The position numbers and the translations under genes were made by a program. A stretch of 64,000 nt of DNA, from positions 472 to 64,471 of the forward strand of contig ONKU01000019.1 of assembly GCA_900318535.1 (NCBI GenBank), read 5' to 3'. The notes beneath the pieces are model-generated. The model was not told the DNA's origin, ran no database searches, and worked only from the letters and a program-made list of their open reading frames with translations. Shown here piece by piece: positions 51,877-61,766 of this stretch; the first letter of the stretch is position 1, and each line of letters begins with the position of its first letter. The stretch is from an uncultured Prevotellaceae bacterium. Its GTDB lineage: Bacteria; Bacteroidota; Bacteroidia; Bacteroidales; Muribaculaceae.

Positions 51877-52767
51877 ATGGCAACAACCAATATACTCATC
51901 ACCGGCGCTAACGGCCAACTGGGACACGAGATGCGCAATGTGCTGGCCAATGACCCGCACTTTAACGCCATCTTCACCGATGTGGCAGGCGATGACATCG
52001 TCACCCTGGACATCACCGATGAAACGGCCGTTGAGCAAGTGGTGGCAGACAACGCCATCGGCTACATCGTCAACTGTGCGGCCTATACCGCCGTTGACGC
52101 CGCCGAGGACAACGAACCGCTGGCAGCACGGCTCAACGCTGAAGCCGTGGGCATTCTGGCCCGAGTTGCCAAGCGCCACGGTGCCCGCATGGTGCACGTC
52201 TCGACCGACTACGTGTTTGACGGGCAAGGCTGCATCCCCTACACCGAGGAAATGCCCACCTGTCCCCAGTCGGCTTACGGTCGCACCAAGCTGGACGGAG
52301 AGCGGCAGTTGCTCGACGTGCTTGGAGACGATGCCGTCATCCTGCGCACGGCTTGGCTCTACTCGCCCTACGGAAAGAACTTCGTCAAGACCATGCTCAC
52401 ACTGGGCAAGGACAAGCCCGCCTTGAAGGTCGTGTTCGACCAGGTGGGCTCACCCACCTGCGCCCGTGACCTGGCACGTGCCATCGTCACCGTGATGAGC
52501 GCCCAGCAGTGGCACCCCGGCATCTACCACTACAGCAACGAGGGCGTCATCTCATGGTTTGACTTCACCAAGGCCATTCACCGCCTGGCTGGCATCACCA
52601 CCTGTGATGTGCAGCCATGCCACAGCGACGAATTCCCTGCCAAGGCCCACCGTCCCGCCTACAGCGTGCTGGACAAGACGAAATTCAAAGCCACATTCGG
52701 CGTGACCGTCCCCTACTGGCTCGACAGCCTCGAGGACACCCTGCATCAACTAACAACTAAAGACTAA
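51877..52767 (+). CDS. rfbD: dTDP-4-dehydrorhamnose reductase
   Basis: ITGANGQLG, NCAAYTAVD, STDYVFDG, YGRTK, RPAYSVLD. Confidence 0.95.
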   Translation: MATTNILITGANGQLGHEMRNVLANDPHFNAIFTDVAGDDIVTLDITDETAVEQVVADNAIGYIVNCAAYTAVDAAEDNEPLAARLNAEAVGILARVAKRHGARMVHVSTDYVFDGQGCIPYTEEMPTCPQSAYGRTKLDGERQLLDVLGDDAVILRTAWLYSPYGKNFVKTMLTLGKDKPALKVVFDQVGSPTCARDLARAIVTVMSAQQWHPGIYHYSNEGVISWFDFTKAIHRLAGITTCDVQPCHSDEFPAKAHRPAYSVLDKTKFKATFGVTVPYWLDSLEDTLHQLTTKD

Positions 52768-52789
52768 TAACTAAAAGCTAACAACTCAT
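52748..52789 (+). repeat. Heptamer tandem array overlapping the rfbD 3' end
   Basis: AACTAAC AACTAAA GACTAAT AACTAAA AGCTAAC AACTCAT, ending 1 nt before prfC ATG. Confidence 0.8.
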
Positions 52790-52790
52790 A

Positions 52791-54368
52791 ATGTCCCTGA
52801 CAACCGAAATCACCCGCCGCCGCACCTTTGCCATCATCTCTCACCCCGATGCCGGCAAGACGACGCTCACCGAGAAGCTCCTGCTCTTTGGTGGCGCTAT
52901 CCATGTGGCAGGCGCCGTGAAATCCAATAAGATCAAAAAGACCGCCACCAGCGACTGGATGGAAATCGAGAAACAACGTGGTATCTCGGTCGCCACCTCG
53001 GTCATGGGATTCAACTACGGTGACTACAAGATCAACATCCTCGACACCCCTGGCCACCAGGACTTTGCCGAGGACACCTACCGCACCCTGACGGCCGTTG
53101 ACAGCGTCATCATCGTCGTCGACGTCGCCAAGGGCGTGGAGACCCAGACCCGCAAGCTGATGGAGGTGTGCCGCATGCGCAACACCCCCGTCATCATCTT
53201 CGTCAACAAACTGGACCGCGAGGGTCGTGACCCGTTTGACATCCTCGACGAGCTGGAGCAGGAACTGAAGATCGACGTGCGCCCCTTGAGCTGGCCCATC
53301 AACATCGGTGCCCACTTCAAGGGCGTGTACAACATCTACGAGCACAACATCAGCCTGTTCAAGCCCGACAAGCAGCATGTGACCGACCGTGTCGACATCA
53401 ACGACATCAACGATCCCGCCATCGACGCTGCCGTGGGCAAGGCCGATGCCGAGAAGCTGCGTGCCGACATCGAACTCATCGACGGCGTCTATCCCGACTT
53501 CAACACCTTGGATTACCTGGATGCCAAGGTGGCTCCCGTATTCTTCGGATCGGCCCTGAACACCTTCGGCGTGAAGGAGTTGCTGGACTGCTTTGTGCGC
53601 ATCGCCCCGTCGCCCCGCCCCGTGAACGCCATCGAGCGCACGGTGGAGCCTGGCGAGGACAAGTTCACGGGCTTTGTGTTCAAGATCCATGCCAACATGG
53701 ACCCCAACCACCGCAGCTGCATCGCCTTTGTCAAGGTGTGCTCGGGCGTGTTCCAGCGCAACGGCAACTACAAGCACGTGCGCAGCGGTAAGAGCTACCG
53801 CTTCAGCGCCCCAACGGCATTCATGGCACAAAAGAAGGAAATCATCGACGAGGTTTATCCCGGCGACATCGTGGGTCTGCCCGACAACGGCATTTTCAAG
53901 ATCGGCGACACGCTGACCGAGGGCGAAGACCTCCACTTCCGCGGCTTGCCCAGCTTCTCGCCCGAGATGTTCAAGTACATCGAGAACAGCGACCCGATGA
54001 AGACCAAGCAGCTCAACAAGGGCCTGGAGCAGTTGATGGACGAGGGCGTGGCCCAGATGTTCATCAACCAGTTCAACAACCGCAAAATCATCGGCACCGT
54101 GGGACAGCTGCAGTTCGAGGTCATCCAGTACCGCCTGCTGCACGAGTATGGCGCCCAGTGCCGTTGGGAGCCTATCCACCTGTACAAGGCCTGCTGGATC
54201 GAGAGCGATGACGAAGACGCGCTGGATGCCTTCAAGAAGCGCAAACACCAATTCATGGCACTCGACATCGAGGGCCGCGACGTCTTCCTGGCCGACTCCA
54301 ACTATGTTTTGCAGATGGCTCAACAGGACTTCCCGAAAATCACCTTCCACTTCACAAGCGAATTCTAA
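52791..54368 (+). CDS. prfC: Peptide chain release factor 3
   Basis: [44 protein letters not shown]. Confidence 0.97.
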   Translation: MSLTTEITRRRTFAIISHPDAGKTTLTEKLLLFGGAIHVAGAVKSNKIKKTATSDWMEIEKQRGISVATSVMGFNYGDYKINILDTPGHQDFAEDTYRTLTAVDSVIIVVDVAKGVETQTRKLMEVCRMRNTPVIIFVNKLDREGRDPFDILDELEQELKIDVRPLSWPINIGAHFKGVYNIYEHNISLFKPDKQHVTDRVDINDINDPAIDAAVGKADAEKLRADIELIDGVYPDFNTLDYLDAKVAPVFFGSALNTFGVKELLDCFVRIAPSPRPVNAIERTVEPGEDKFTGFVFKIHANMDPNHRSCIAFVKVCSGVFQRNGNYKHVRSGKSYRFSAPTAFMAQKKEIIDEVYPGDIVGLPDNGIFKIGDTLTEGEDLHFRGLPSFSPEMFKYIENSDPMKTKQLNKGLEQLMDEGVAQMFINQFNNRKIIGTVGQLQFEVIQYRLLHEYGAQCRWEPIHLYKACWIESDDEDALDAFKKRKHQFMALDIEGRDVFLADSNYVLQMAQQDFPKITFHFTSEF

Positions 54369-54407
54369 TATCATATAACCACATAAACACCTAACTTACA
54401 GACAGCA

Positions 54408-55871
54408 ATGGAAAGACTGAAAAGATTATACTTGCAGTACGTGGGCAGCGAGCCCACCGACATCGTGCTCATGGACAAGGCCGGTTCTAACCGCCAGTAT
54501 TATCGCCTGTCCGGCGAACGCTCCATCGTGGGCGTCATTGGCGAGTCACGCGAGGAGAATGACGCATTCATCTACATGGCGCACCACTTCCGCAAGCAGG
54601 GTCTGTCGGTGCCCGAGGTCTATGGCGTGAGCGATGACCACATGGCCTACATCCAGGAGGACTTGGGCAAGAAGCCCGAGAACATCCTGTGGAACAAGAT
54701 TCGCCGCAGTTCCATCACCCATGCCTTCACCAGCGGAGAAAAAGAGCTGCTGCGCCGCGCCATGCGCGACCTGGTGGACATCCAGTTCCGCGGAGGCCAA
54801 GACTTTGACTACAGCCACTGCTACCCCGCCAAGTGCTTTGACGAGCGCTCCATCAAGTGGGACTTGAACTACTTCAAGTACTGCTTCCTCAAGGCTACTG
54901 GCGTGGTCTTCAACGAGGACAAACTGGAGAACGATTTCGAGAAGCTGACCCAGGACCTGCTGGCCGTGCCCAGCGACACGTTCATGTACCGCGATTTCCA
55001 ATCCCGCAACGTGATGCTCGTGGGCGATGCCGACCACCCTGCCGACTGCAAACTGGCATTCATCGACTTCCAGGGCGGCCGCAAGGGCCCGTACTACTAC
55101 GATGTGGCCTCGTTTGTATGGCAGTCGCGTGCCAAGTATCCCGATGAATTGAAAAAGGACCTCGTCGAGGCCTATCTGCATAAGCTCAAGGAATACCTTC
55201 CCGACCTTGACGAGAAGGAATTCTATGACAACCTGCGGCTGTTTGTGCTCTTCCGCACGCTGCAGGTGCTGGGCGCCTACGGTTTCCGCGGCTACTTCGA
55301 GAAGAAGCCCGACTTCATGAAGAACAGCATCGTGCCCGCCGTTGCCAACCTGCGCAAACTGGTCATCGACAAGCCGTTCACCCAATATCCCTACTTGAGC
55401 CTCGTCATCGACGAGCTGGTCAACCTCAAGGACTTCGTCAGCGAGGATAAAGGCCTCACCGTCAGGGTAATGAGCTTCGCTTACAAGAAGGGTATTCCTC
55501 ACGATCCGTCAGGTAATGGCGGCGGTTTCGTGTTCGACTGCCGTGCGCTGAACAACCCGGGCAAGTACGACAAGTACAAAGCCTTCACGGGCCTGGACCA
55601 GAACGTTATCGACTTCCTGAAAAAGGAGAGTACCATTGACAAGTGGCTGGAGCACGTCTATGCCCTGGTCGACGAGTCGGTTGAGCGCTATGTGAAACGC
55701 AGCTTCACCGACCTGATGATCTGCTTCGGCTGTACGGGCGGACAGCACCGTTCGGTCTACGCTGCCGAGCACCTTGCCGAGCACATCCACCAGAAGTTCA
55801 ATGTGCGCGTTGAGCTCTCGCACCGCGAGCAGCCCGACCACGAGCGCACCCTCAATCCCACCGTGCAATGA
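54408..55871 (+). CDS. APH-like phosphotransferase (AmgK-like) fused to a RapZ C-terminal domain
   Basis: GSNRQYYR, RDFQSRNVM, IDFQGG; C-terminal SFAYKKGIP, FDCR, GCTGGQHRSV. Confidence 0.82.
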   Translation: MERLKRLYLQYVGSEPTDIVLMDKAGSNRQYYRLSGERSIVGVIGESREENDAFIYMAHHFRKQGLSVPEVYGVSDDHMAYIQEDLGKKPENILWNKIRRSSITHAFTSGEKELLRRAMRDLVDIQFRGGQDFDYSHCYPAKCFDERSIKWDLNYFKYCFLKATGVVFNEDKLENDFEKLTQDLLAVPSDTFMYRDFQSRNVMLVGDADHPADCKLAFIDFQGGRKGPYYYDVASFVWQSRAKYPDELKKDLVEAYLHKLKEYLPDLDEKEFYDNLRLFVLFRTLQVLGAYGFRGYFEKKPDFMKNSIVPAVANLRKLVIDKPFTQYPYLSLVIDELVNLKDFVSEDKGLTVRVMSFAYKKGIPHDPSGNGGGFVFDCRALNNPGKYDKYKAFTGLDQNVIDFLKKESTIDKWLEHVYALVDESVERYVKRSFTDLMICFGCTGGQHRSVYAAEHLAEHIHQKFNVRVELSHREQPDHERTLNPTVQ

Positions 55872-56623
55872 AAGCGCTGATTTTTGCCGCAGGGCTGGGA
55901 ACCCGTCTGCGCCCCCTAACCGACGACCGCCCCAAGGCGATGGTCGAAATCGCCGGCAAACCCATGCTGCAACACGTCATCGAACGCGTGGCGGCAGCCG
56001 GATTTGACGACATCACCATCAACATCCACCACTTCGGGCAGCTGATCATCGATTTCCTGGAGAAGAACGACAACTTCGGGCTGAACATCCACATCAGCGA
56101 CGAGCGCGGCCTGCTGCTCGACACGGGCGGCGGCATCCTCAAGGCACGCCAGTGGCTGGACGGCAACGAGCCGTTCCTGGTGCACAACACCGACATCATC
56201 AGCACACTGGACCTGAAGGCCTTCTACGACTACCATGTGGAGCATGACGCGCTGGCCACCATCCTGGTCAAGGAGCGCAAGACGCAACGCTACTTCCTGT
56301 TTGACGAGAACGACCGCCTGTGCGGCTGGACCAACAAGGCGACCGGCGAGTTCAAGCCTGACCCCGAAAAACTTCAGGGCCGTCAGTTGCGGGAAATGGC
56401 CTTTGGCGGCCTGCATGTGATTTCGCCGAGCATTTTCCCGCACCTCGAGCGCTATCGCCGCAACGAAGGGGAAAAATTCTCCATCACGCCGTTTTACATC
56501 AACGAGTGCAAGCACCACCTCATCCACGGCTACCACCCTGACAACGACTACCAGTGGCTCGACATCGGCAAGCCCGAGACGCTCACCCAAGCCCAGGAGT
56601 TACTCACAACGGACTCACGCTAA
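55868..56623 (+). CDS. Sugar-phosphate nucleotidyltransferase, MurU-like
   Basis: AAGLGTRLRPLT...PKAM, DTGGG, WLDIGKPE; ATGA overlap with the kinase stop. Confidence 0.82.
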   Translation: MKALIFAAGLGTRLRPLTDDRPKAMVEIAGKPMLQHVIERVAAAGFDDITINIHHFGQLIIDFLEKNDNFGLNIHISDERGLLLDTGGGILKARQWLDGNEPFLVHNTDIISTLDLKAFYDYHVEHDALATILVKERKTQRYFLFDENDRLCGWTNKATGEFKPDPEKLQGRQLREMAFGGLHVISPSIFPHLERYRRNEGEKFSITPFYINECKHHLIHGYHPDNDYQWLDIGKPETLTQAQELLTTDSR

Positions 56624-56660
56624 GGCGCCAAGTTGATTTTTAAACTTTTGGACCATTTGC

Positions 56661-56695
56661 CAATCAAAACTAAGAACTAGAAACCAAGAACTGAA
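56661..56695 (+). repeat. Heptamer tandem array
   Basis: CAATCAA AACTAAG AACTAGA AACCAAG AACTGAA, ending 3 nt before ATG 56699. Confidence 0.75.
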
Positions 56696-56698
56696 TAT

Positions 56699-57160
56699 AT
56701 GAAAAAAAGCATCATTATCGCAGCCATCATGCTGCTCGTGGCTGGCACCGTATCGCTCGATGCCCGCACCAAGAAAAGTACCAAGAAGGCTAAGGCCAGC
56801 AGCACACAGGTCATCTACACCGGTGACATTGCCAACAAGGTGATCGGCTACAACGGCACCACCCCGCTCAACATCACCGTCAAGAACGGCGTGATCGAGA
56901 ATATCGAGGTGCTGCCCAACCAGGAGTCTCCCAGCTACCTCAAGCGCGCTAAGGACAAAGTGCTGCCGCAGTACATCGGCAAGACCGTTGCCGAGGCCAA
57001 GAAACTCAATGCCGACATCGCCACTGGTGCCACCTATACCAGCAAGGCCCTCATCCAGAACATCCAGATGGGCCTCGACAAGGCAAAATCCACATCTTCT
57101 AAGAAGGCTACTTCCAAAAAGGCCGCCAAGAAGGGTAGCAAGAGCAAGAAACGTCGCTAA
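56699..57160 (+). CDS. Secreted FMN-binding domain protein
   Basis: Signal peptide, GYNG, DIATGATYTS flavinylation motif, Lys-rich termini. Confidence 0.85.
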   Translation: MKKSIIIAAIMLLVAGTVSLDARTKKSTKKAKASSTQVIYTGDIANKVIGYNGTTPLNITVKNGVIENIEVLPNQESPSYLKRAKDKVLPQYIGKTVAEAKKLNADIATGATYTSKALIQNIQMGLDKAKSTSSKKATSKKAAKKGSKSKKRR

Positions 57161-57177
57161 CCATTAAACGTCAACAC

Positions 57178-57220
57178 AAAAAACCGTATGCATCAACCAA
57201 TAGATACATACGGTTTTTTT
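57178..57220. terminator. Intrinsic, possibly bidirectional, terminator
   Basis: aaaaaaccgtatg / catacggtttttt. Confidence 0.85.
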
Positions 57221-57280
57221 AGTGTGAGGATGCAAGATTCGGCCTACCTTTGTGTTTAGGTTTTGTAAGAAGATGATTCA

Positions 57281-57823
57281 GTGACCGAACTGCAGATTGT
57301 CAAAGGAGTCAAGAACGGAGACCGGGAGGCCATGCGCACAATGTATGACCTGCTGGCGGGCTCGGCTATGGCCACTGCTGTCCGCTACCTGGGTGACAGT
57401 GATGAGTGCCGCGATGTGCTGCAGGACTGTTTTCTCAGGGCATTCACACGCATCGATGAGTTTTCTTATCGTGGACAAGGCTCACTGCGAGCCTGGATGA
57501 CCCGAATTGTCGCCAACGAGTCCATCAACCGGCTCAAGCGGCATGACCGGCTAACGTTCCTTGACGAGGAGAATGTAGAGGCGCCCGAAGAAGAGCCACC
57601 CGACATCAACGTTGTGCCGCTCGAGGAAATCAACAGGATGATTGCGGCACTGCCCACGGGCTACCGCGTGGTGTTCAATCAATTCGTGTTTGAGCACAAG
57701 AGCCACAAGGAAATCGCCCACATGCTGGGCATCAGGGAAAACTCTTCGGCTTCCCAACTACTGCGAGCCAAGCGACTGCTGGCCAAAATGATTCACCAAT
57801 ACAAACGAGAGCACGATGACTGA
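57281..57823 (+). CDS. ECF RNA polymerase sigma-70 factor
   Basis: DVLQDCFLRAF, LRAWMTRI, LPTGYRVVF...HKEIAHMLGI; GTG start; -7 element at 57245-57252. Confidence 0.92.
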   Translation: MTELQIVKGVKNGDREAMRTMYDLLAGSAMATAVRYLGDSDECRDVLQDCFLRAFTRIDEFSYRGQGSLRAWMTRIVANESINRLKRHDRLTFLDEENVEAPEEEPPDINVVPLEEINRMIAALPTGYRVVFNQFVFEHKSHKEIAHMLGIRENSSASQLLRAKRLLAKMIHQYKREHDD

Positions 57824-58988
57824 CAACGACTGGATAAAACAACTGCAAGCCAAGATGGACGGCTACAAGGAGCCCGTCCCCGATGACCTGTGGCACGACA
57901 TCGAGGCTCATCTGCCCCAGCGGCGCAAATCGATGCCCGTCTGGCGCCGTTATGCCGCAGCGGCAGCCATTGCGCTGGCCGTCATCGGTACTGGCAGTTT
58001 GTTGTGGAATAGAGGAGGAGATTCTTCTGTCGAAACTCCCGCCATCACCCTGACCCAAGACGAGGATCATCATACCCCAAAACCCGAAGTCCTCGCAGAA
58101 AATGACGTTACTAGCCCTGCTGTTGATAAGGCCGTTGTCTCTCACCACGTTACTCAAGCGGCTCCCGTCAACCACTCACCAGCCACGGGTCCCATCAGCG
58201 ACACCTACGAGGCTGTGCCACAAACGACTAATGACAAAGAACCAGAAAAAGTTGAAAAGGCCAATCAATCGACCCAGCCTGAAGAGGCTCCAAAGAGCGA
58301 TCAACCGGCACTTGCTCTCATTGACGACAAACCCATCCAACCGTCGTCGGCTAATAGCGACATTCGATGCCTTTCTCGCAAAAAGGAACCGATTACCATC
58401 GGATTGTTCGCTTCAAACCCCGTTATCACTCCAAAACTGGAAAGCATAGGTCTTTATACGGTTCATTTGATGAATGATGTGTCTGATAATCCAATATCGA
58501 TCTATGCCTATACCAAGCATTACAAGCCTGTCACTCTTGGTGCAAGCGTACGTGTGCCCATCGGCGGGCGATGGTCTATAACCAGTGGGTTGACTTACTC
58601 ACGCCTCAAGTCCAAAACAACGATTCAGAACACACACAAGGAACAGGTATTGCACTACATCGGGGTTCCATTGGGAGCGATTTATACTATTTGGGAGTAT
58701 AAGCGCTTCAACATCTATGCCATTGGGGGCATACAGGCCGATTTCAATGTCAAAGCGACGCTCAAAAACAGCACCCAGGCCGATGTGACCAACATCGGTA
58801 AAGACCGAGTGCAGTTCTCGGCCTCGGCAGGCCCAGGTTTGCAGTTCGACCTGTTGCAAGGCCTCGGAATCTACGTTGAGCCGACGGCACGTTATTACTT
58901 CAATAACGGTAGCACCGTTGACAATTATTTCAAGGACAAGCCTTGGAACATCAACGTGAATGCAGGTCTGCGACTTTCCCTGCAATAA
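57816..58988 (+). CDS. Putative anti-sigma factor with a C-terminal outer-membrane beta-barrel
   Basis: Short N-terminal VPDDLWHDIE domain, one TM, long low-complexity linker, beta-strands ending AGLRLSLQ; overlaps the sigma stop. Confidence 0.7.
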   Translation: MTDNDWIKQLQAKMDGYKEPVPDDLWHDIEAHLPQRRKSMPVWRRYAAAAAIALAVIGTGSLLWNRGGDSSVETPAITLTQDEDHHTPKPEVLAENDVTSPAVDKAVVSHHVTQAAPVNHSPATGPISDTYEAVPQTTNDKEPEKVEKANQSTQPEEAPKSDQPALALIDDKPIQPSSANSDIRCLSRKKEPITIGLFASNPVITPKLESIGLYTVHLMNDVSDNPISIYAYTKHYKPVTLGASVRVPIGGRWSITSGLTYSRLKSKTTIQNTHKEQVLHYIGVPLGAIYTIWEYKRFNIYAIGGIQADFNVKATLKNSTQADVTNIGKDRVQFSASAGPGLQFDLLQGLGIYVEPTARYYFNNGSTVDNYFKDKPWNINVNAGLRLSLQ

Positions 58989-59050
58989 CAGTTCCCTGTT
59001 TCACAGGAATTGTGTAACTTTGCCTTCATCATCCAAACACAATTATTGCA

Positions 59051-59575
59051 ATGAAGAGTTATCTGGAAATCAAAGTGCCTATCTCCTTTGACGATTACTG
59101 GTTCAGGGAGTTGCGTGACCTGCTCGATGGCGTCGATATCCGCTGGCAGCGGGGATATTACCATATCACAATGGCCTTCCTGGATTTTGCGCCCGATAAT
59201 GTCAATCTGGTACCCGGGCTGAACAACATCCTCGATGATGCCGTGGCCCCTACCCTCACGTTTGACAAGCTTGACGCGTTTGCCTCGGGCTATCATCGGC
59301 AGGTCATCCATCTCACGACCACCGATGCTCCCGCCGACTTCCTGGCATTGGTTGAGGACGTCAGGCGATATTTCAAGACCAAAGGCTGTGAAATACAGTC
59401 CGATTTCAAGCTGCACGTCACCCTGGGCCGTGTGCAGGATGCAAGGATGAATGTGCGCAAACTCCAGGACATCATCAGCCAGGTGGATCTGCCCACGTTC
59501 ACGATGGAATTGACGGATGTCGAGTACCGCATCTTCCGCGGAAAAACGCTGGGCCTGTGGAAACTGATGGCCTGA
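59051..59575 (+). CDS. 2H phosphoesterase (2'-5' RNA ligase/ThpR family)
   Basis: HITM and HVTL motifs; own -7 element TAACTTTG 59015-59022. Confidence 0.85.
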   Translation: MKSYLEIKVPISFDDYWFRELRDLLDGVDIRWQRGYYHITMAFLDFAPDNVNLVPGLNNILDDAVAPTLTFDKLDAFASGYHRQVIHLTTTDAPADFLALVEDVRRYFKTKGCEIQSDFKLHVTLGRVQDARMNVRKLQDIISQVDLPTFTMELTDVEYRIFRGKTLGLWKLMA

Positions 59576-59632
59576 CGATGCAAGATTTTGAAATTACGTT
59601 GTTTAAGTGATAGCAACAGTTCAAACATCAAT

Positions 59633-60913
59633 ATGACAACTATGAGAAGAATCTGGATATTACTGGCTATCGCATCACTGATGCTGGTAGCGATGGCATC
59701 GTGCAGCAGCAGCGACGAGGATGTGACCATGGGCGAAGACGAGCTTATTCAACTGAGCGACAGGCCAACCCTCATCCAGCTCACCGAAGAGCAAAAGATG
59801 ATGCGCAACAACAACAATGAGTTTGCATGGCGCCTGTTCCGCACCACGCAGCAAACCGATGACCGTCAGGGCAGCACCATCCTGTCGCCCCTGAGCGTGA
59901 CCTACTTGCTCGGGATGATGGATGCAGGCGCTGCAGGCAGCACACGCGACGAAATCACCGATGTGCTAGGATTCGGTAACGATGTGGCAGCCGTCAACGA
60001 GTACTGCAAGACAATGATTGACGGCAGTGCCGTTGCCGATCCTGCCGCCACGGTAAAAACCGCCAACTGCATCGAGGTGAATTCGGCCCAGGGCATCGGT
60101 CTGCTCCCGCAATTTATCGAGAACATGAAGCATTACTATTATGCTCAAATCGAAGCGCTGGATTTCACCCAGGGCAGCGCCCTCGACAAGATCAACAGCT
60201 GGTGCAAGGACCATACCGACGGCATGATTCCCTCGATTCTTGACCAGCTCAATCCCGACCAGGCGATGATTATGCTCAACGCCATCTACTTTAAGGCCGA
60301 CTGGAACGTCAAGTTCAACAAGAAGTACACCCGCAAGTTGGACTTCACCCTCCCCAATGGCACAACCGCCAAGCGCGACCTCATGCATATCAAGGTCCGC
60401 ACGTTCTACGGCCAGAACGATAGCTGCTCGGTTGTGCGCCTCCCCTTTGGCAGCGGCGCCTATGGCATGTATATCCTGCTCCCCACCAAGGGAGTGAGTC
60501 TTGAGGAACTCATCCAGGGCATGAACTACCAGGACCTGAATGCGAACATTTACAACAACACCTATTTGGGTGACATCGACATCCTGTTGCCCAAATTTGA
60601 GACATCAAGCAAAGTTCAACTGATCGAACCACTCAGTGACATGGGCATCAAATCGGCATTTGACCCCTTCAGTGCCAATTTCTCAAACATGACGAATGCC
60701 CCGCTGTGCGTATCCATGATGCTGCAAAAAGCCAAGATTGAGGTCAACGAAGACGGAGCCAAGGCGGCTGCTGTCACTATGGCGGGTTTTACCTATACAA
60801 GTTATGAGCCCTACAATAAGTTCGACTTCCATGCCACCCGTCCCTTCCTGTACCTCATCCTGGAAGAGAGCACCCGCTCGATTTTCTTTATCGGCACCTA
60901 TTGCGGCGATTAA
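59633..60913 (+). CDS. Serpin family lipoprotein
   Basis: Lipobox MASC, ILSPLS, INSWCKDHTDGMIP, LNAIYFKADW, hinge EDGAKAAAVT, FHATRPFLYLI. Confidence 0.93.
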   Translation: MTTMRRIWILLAIASLMLVAMASCSSSDEDVTMGEDELIQLSDRPTLIQLTEEQKMMRNNNNEFAWRLFRTTQQTDDRQGSTILSPLSVTYLLGMMDAGAAGSTRDEITDVLGFGNDVAAVNEYCKTMIDGSAVADPAATVKTANCIEVNSAQGIGLLPQFIENMKHYYYAQIEALDFTQGSALDKINSWCKDHTDGMIPSILDQLNPDQAMIMLNAIYFKADWNVKFNKKYTRKLDFTLPNGTTAKRDLMHIKVRTFYGQNDSCSVVRLPFGSGAYGMYILLPTKGVSLEELIQGMNYQDLNANIYNNTYLGDIDILLPKFETSSKVQLIEPLSDMGIKSAFDPFSANFSNMTNAPLCVSMMLQKAKIEVNEDGAKAAAVTMAGFTYTSYEPYNKFDFHATRPFLYLILEESTRSIFFIGTYCGD

Positions 60914-60938
60914 GTCCCGCAACCAGATATATACAACA

Positions 60939-60972
60939 CAAGCCGCAGGCACCGAAAGGCGTCTGCGGCTTG
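60939..60972. terminator. Terminator between convergent genes
   Basis: caagccgcaggc / gtctgcggcttg followed by T-rich sequence. Confidence 0.8.
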
Positions 60973-60995
60973 CTGTTTCTTTTACTTGGCTTTAC

Positions 60996-61445
60996 TTACT
61001 CGGGATTGGTCCTGATCTCATAGATGACCTTGGCAGCCTCGGCTACCGTCTCGATGGGCGACCCTGCCGGTATCATGGTCTCGGTAGAAGCCATGTCGGG
61101 GTTGGCATACTGGTCGATAAGATTGCCCTGCTCGTCATAGACCGACACCTGAACGATGTTGAAGTTGTTCCAGTCGTCGGTAAATTTGTACAGAGTCAGT
61201 TTGTAGGCCACTGTCTTGTCATAGCCACGGTCACGGGTATAGAAATCACGAGCCTCGGGGATGTCAAACGAGTTGCGCACCCACACCAGAAAGCTCTTGC
61301 CATTATCACTTGTCGAAATTTCAGGGTTGACCGCGATGGTCTCACCGCCATCAGACAACACGTTAAACCAGTCGGTCGCATGAGCCGCGGGGGCTGCAAC
61401 CGTCAGCGCAATGAGCGCCATGAGTGTCATTAAGAATTTCTTCAT
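60996..61445 (-). CDS. Secreted protein, surface-adhesin E-like fold (tentative)
   Basis: Signal peptide ending AHA; DW...VWVR...YD.QGNLI...I..GS pattern; -7 element at 61476-61483 on the - strand. Confidence 0.55.
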   Translation of the reverse strand: MKKFLMTLMALIALTVAAPAAHATDWFNVLSDGGETIAVNPEISTSDNGKSFLVWVRNSFDIPEARDFYTRDRGYDKTVAYKLTLYKFTDDWNNFNIVQVSVYDEQGNLIDQYANPDMASTETMIPAGSPIETVAEAAKVIYEIRTNPE

Positions 61446-61706
61446 TGTCGTTTCAATCATTATTGTTTGTTGCGGCAAAGGTATAAAAATTTGAGTAAGC
61501 CAAACGCAAAAAGTCCACTTTCTTTGCCAAATGCCGCCAAAAACCCGTAAAAAGCATCACAATTCCATCCGACATGGACAACTATTGAGTGCGCACCCAT
61601 CAAAAAGTTATCCAAAAACGGTGATTTTACTATCGGTTTCTGGGTATTTATAGAAAATCTGTCTAAATAATTTGCACACGTCAATCCGATTCAATACCTT
61701 TGCAGC

Positions 61707-61766
61707 AATATGATACTTTTTTCCTAGCAAGGCAGTTTCGTCGTGAGACGAGGCGCTTTTCTTTTT
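61707..61766 (+). ncRNA. Candidate small RNA
   Basis: Promoter TTTG 61671-61674 + 20 nt + TACCTTTG 61695-61702; GTGA-loop hairpin and T run at ~61728-61766; the downstream gene has a separate -7 element at 61801-61808. Confidence 0.5.
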
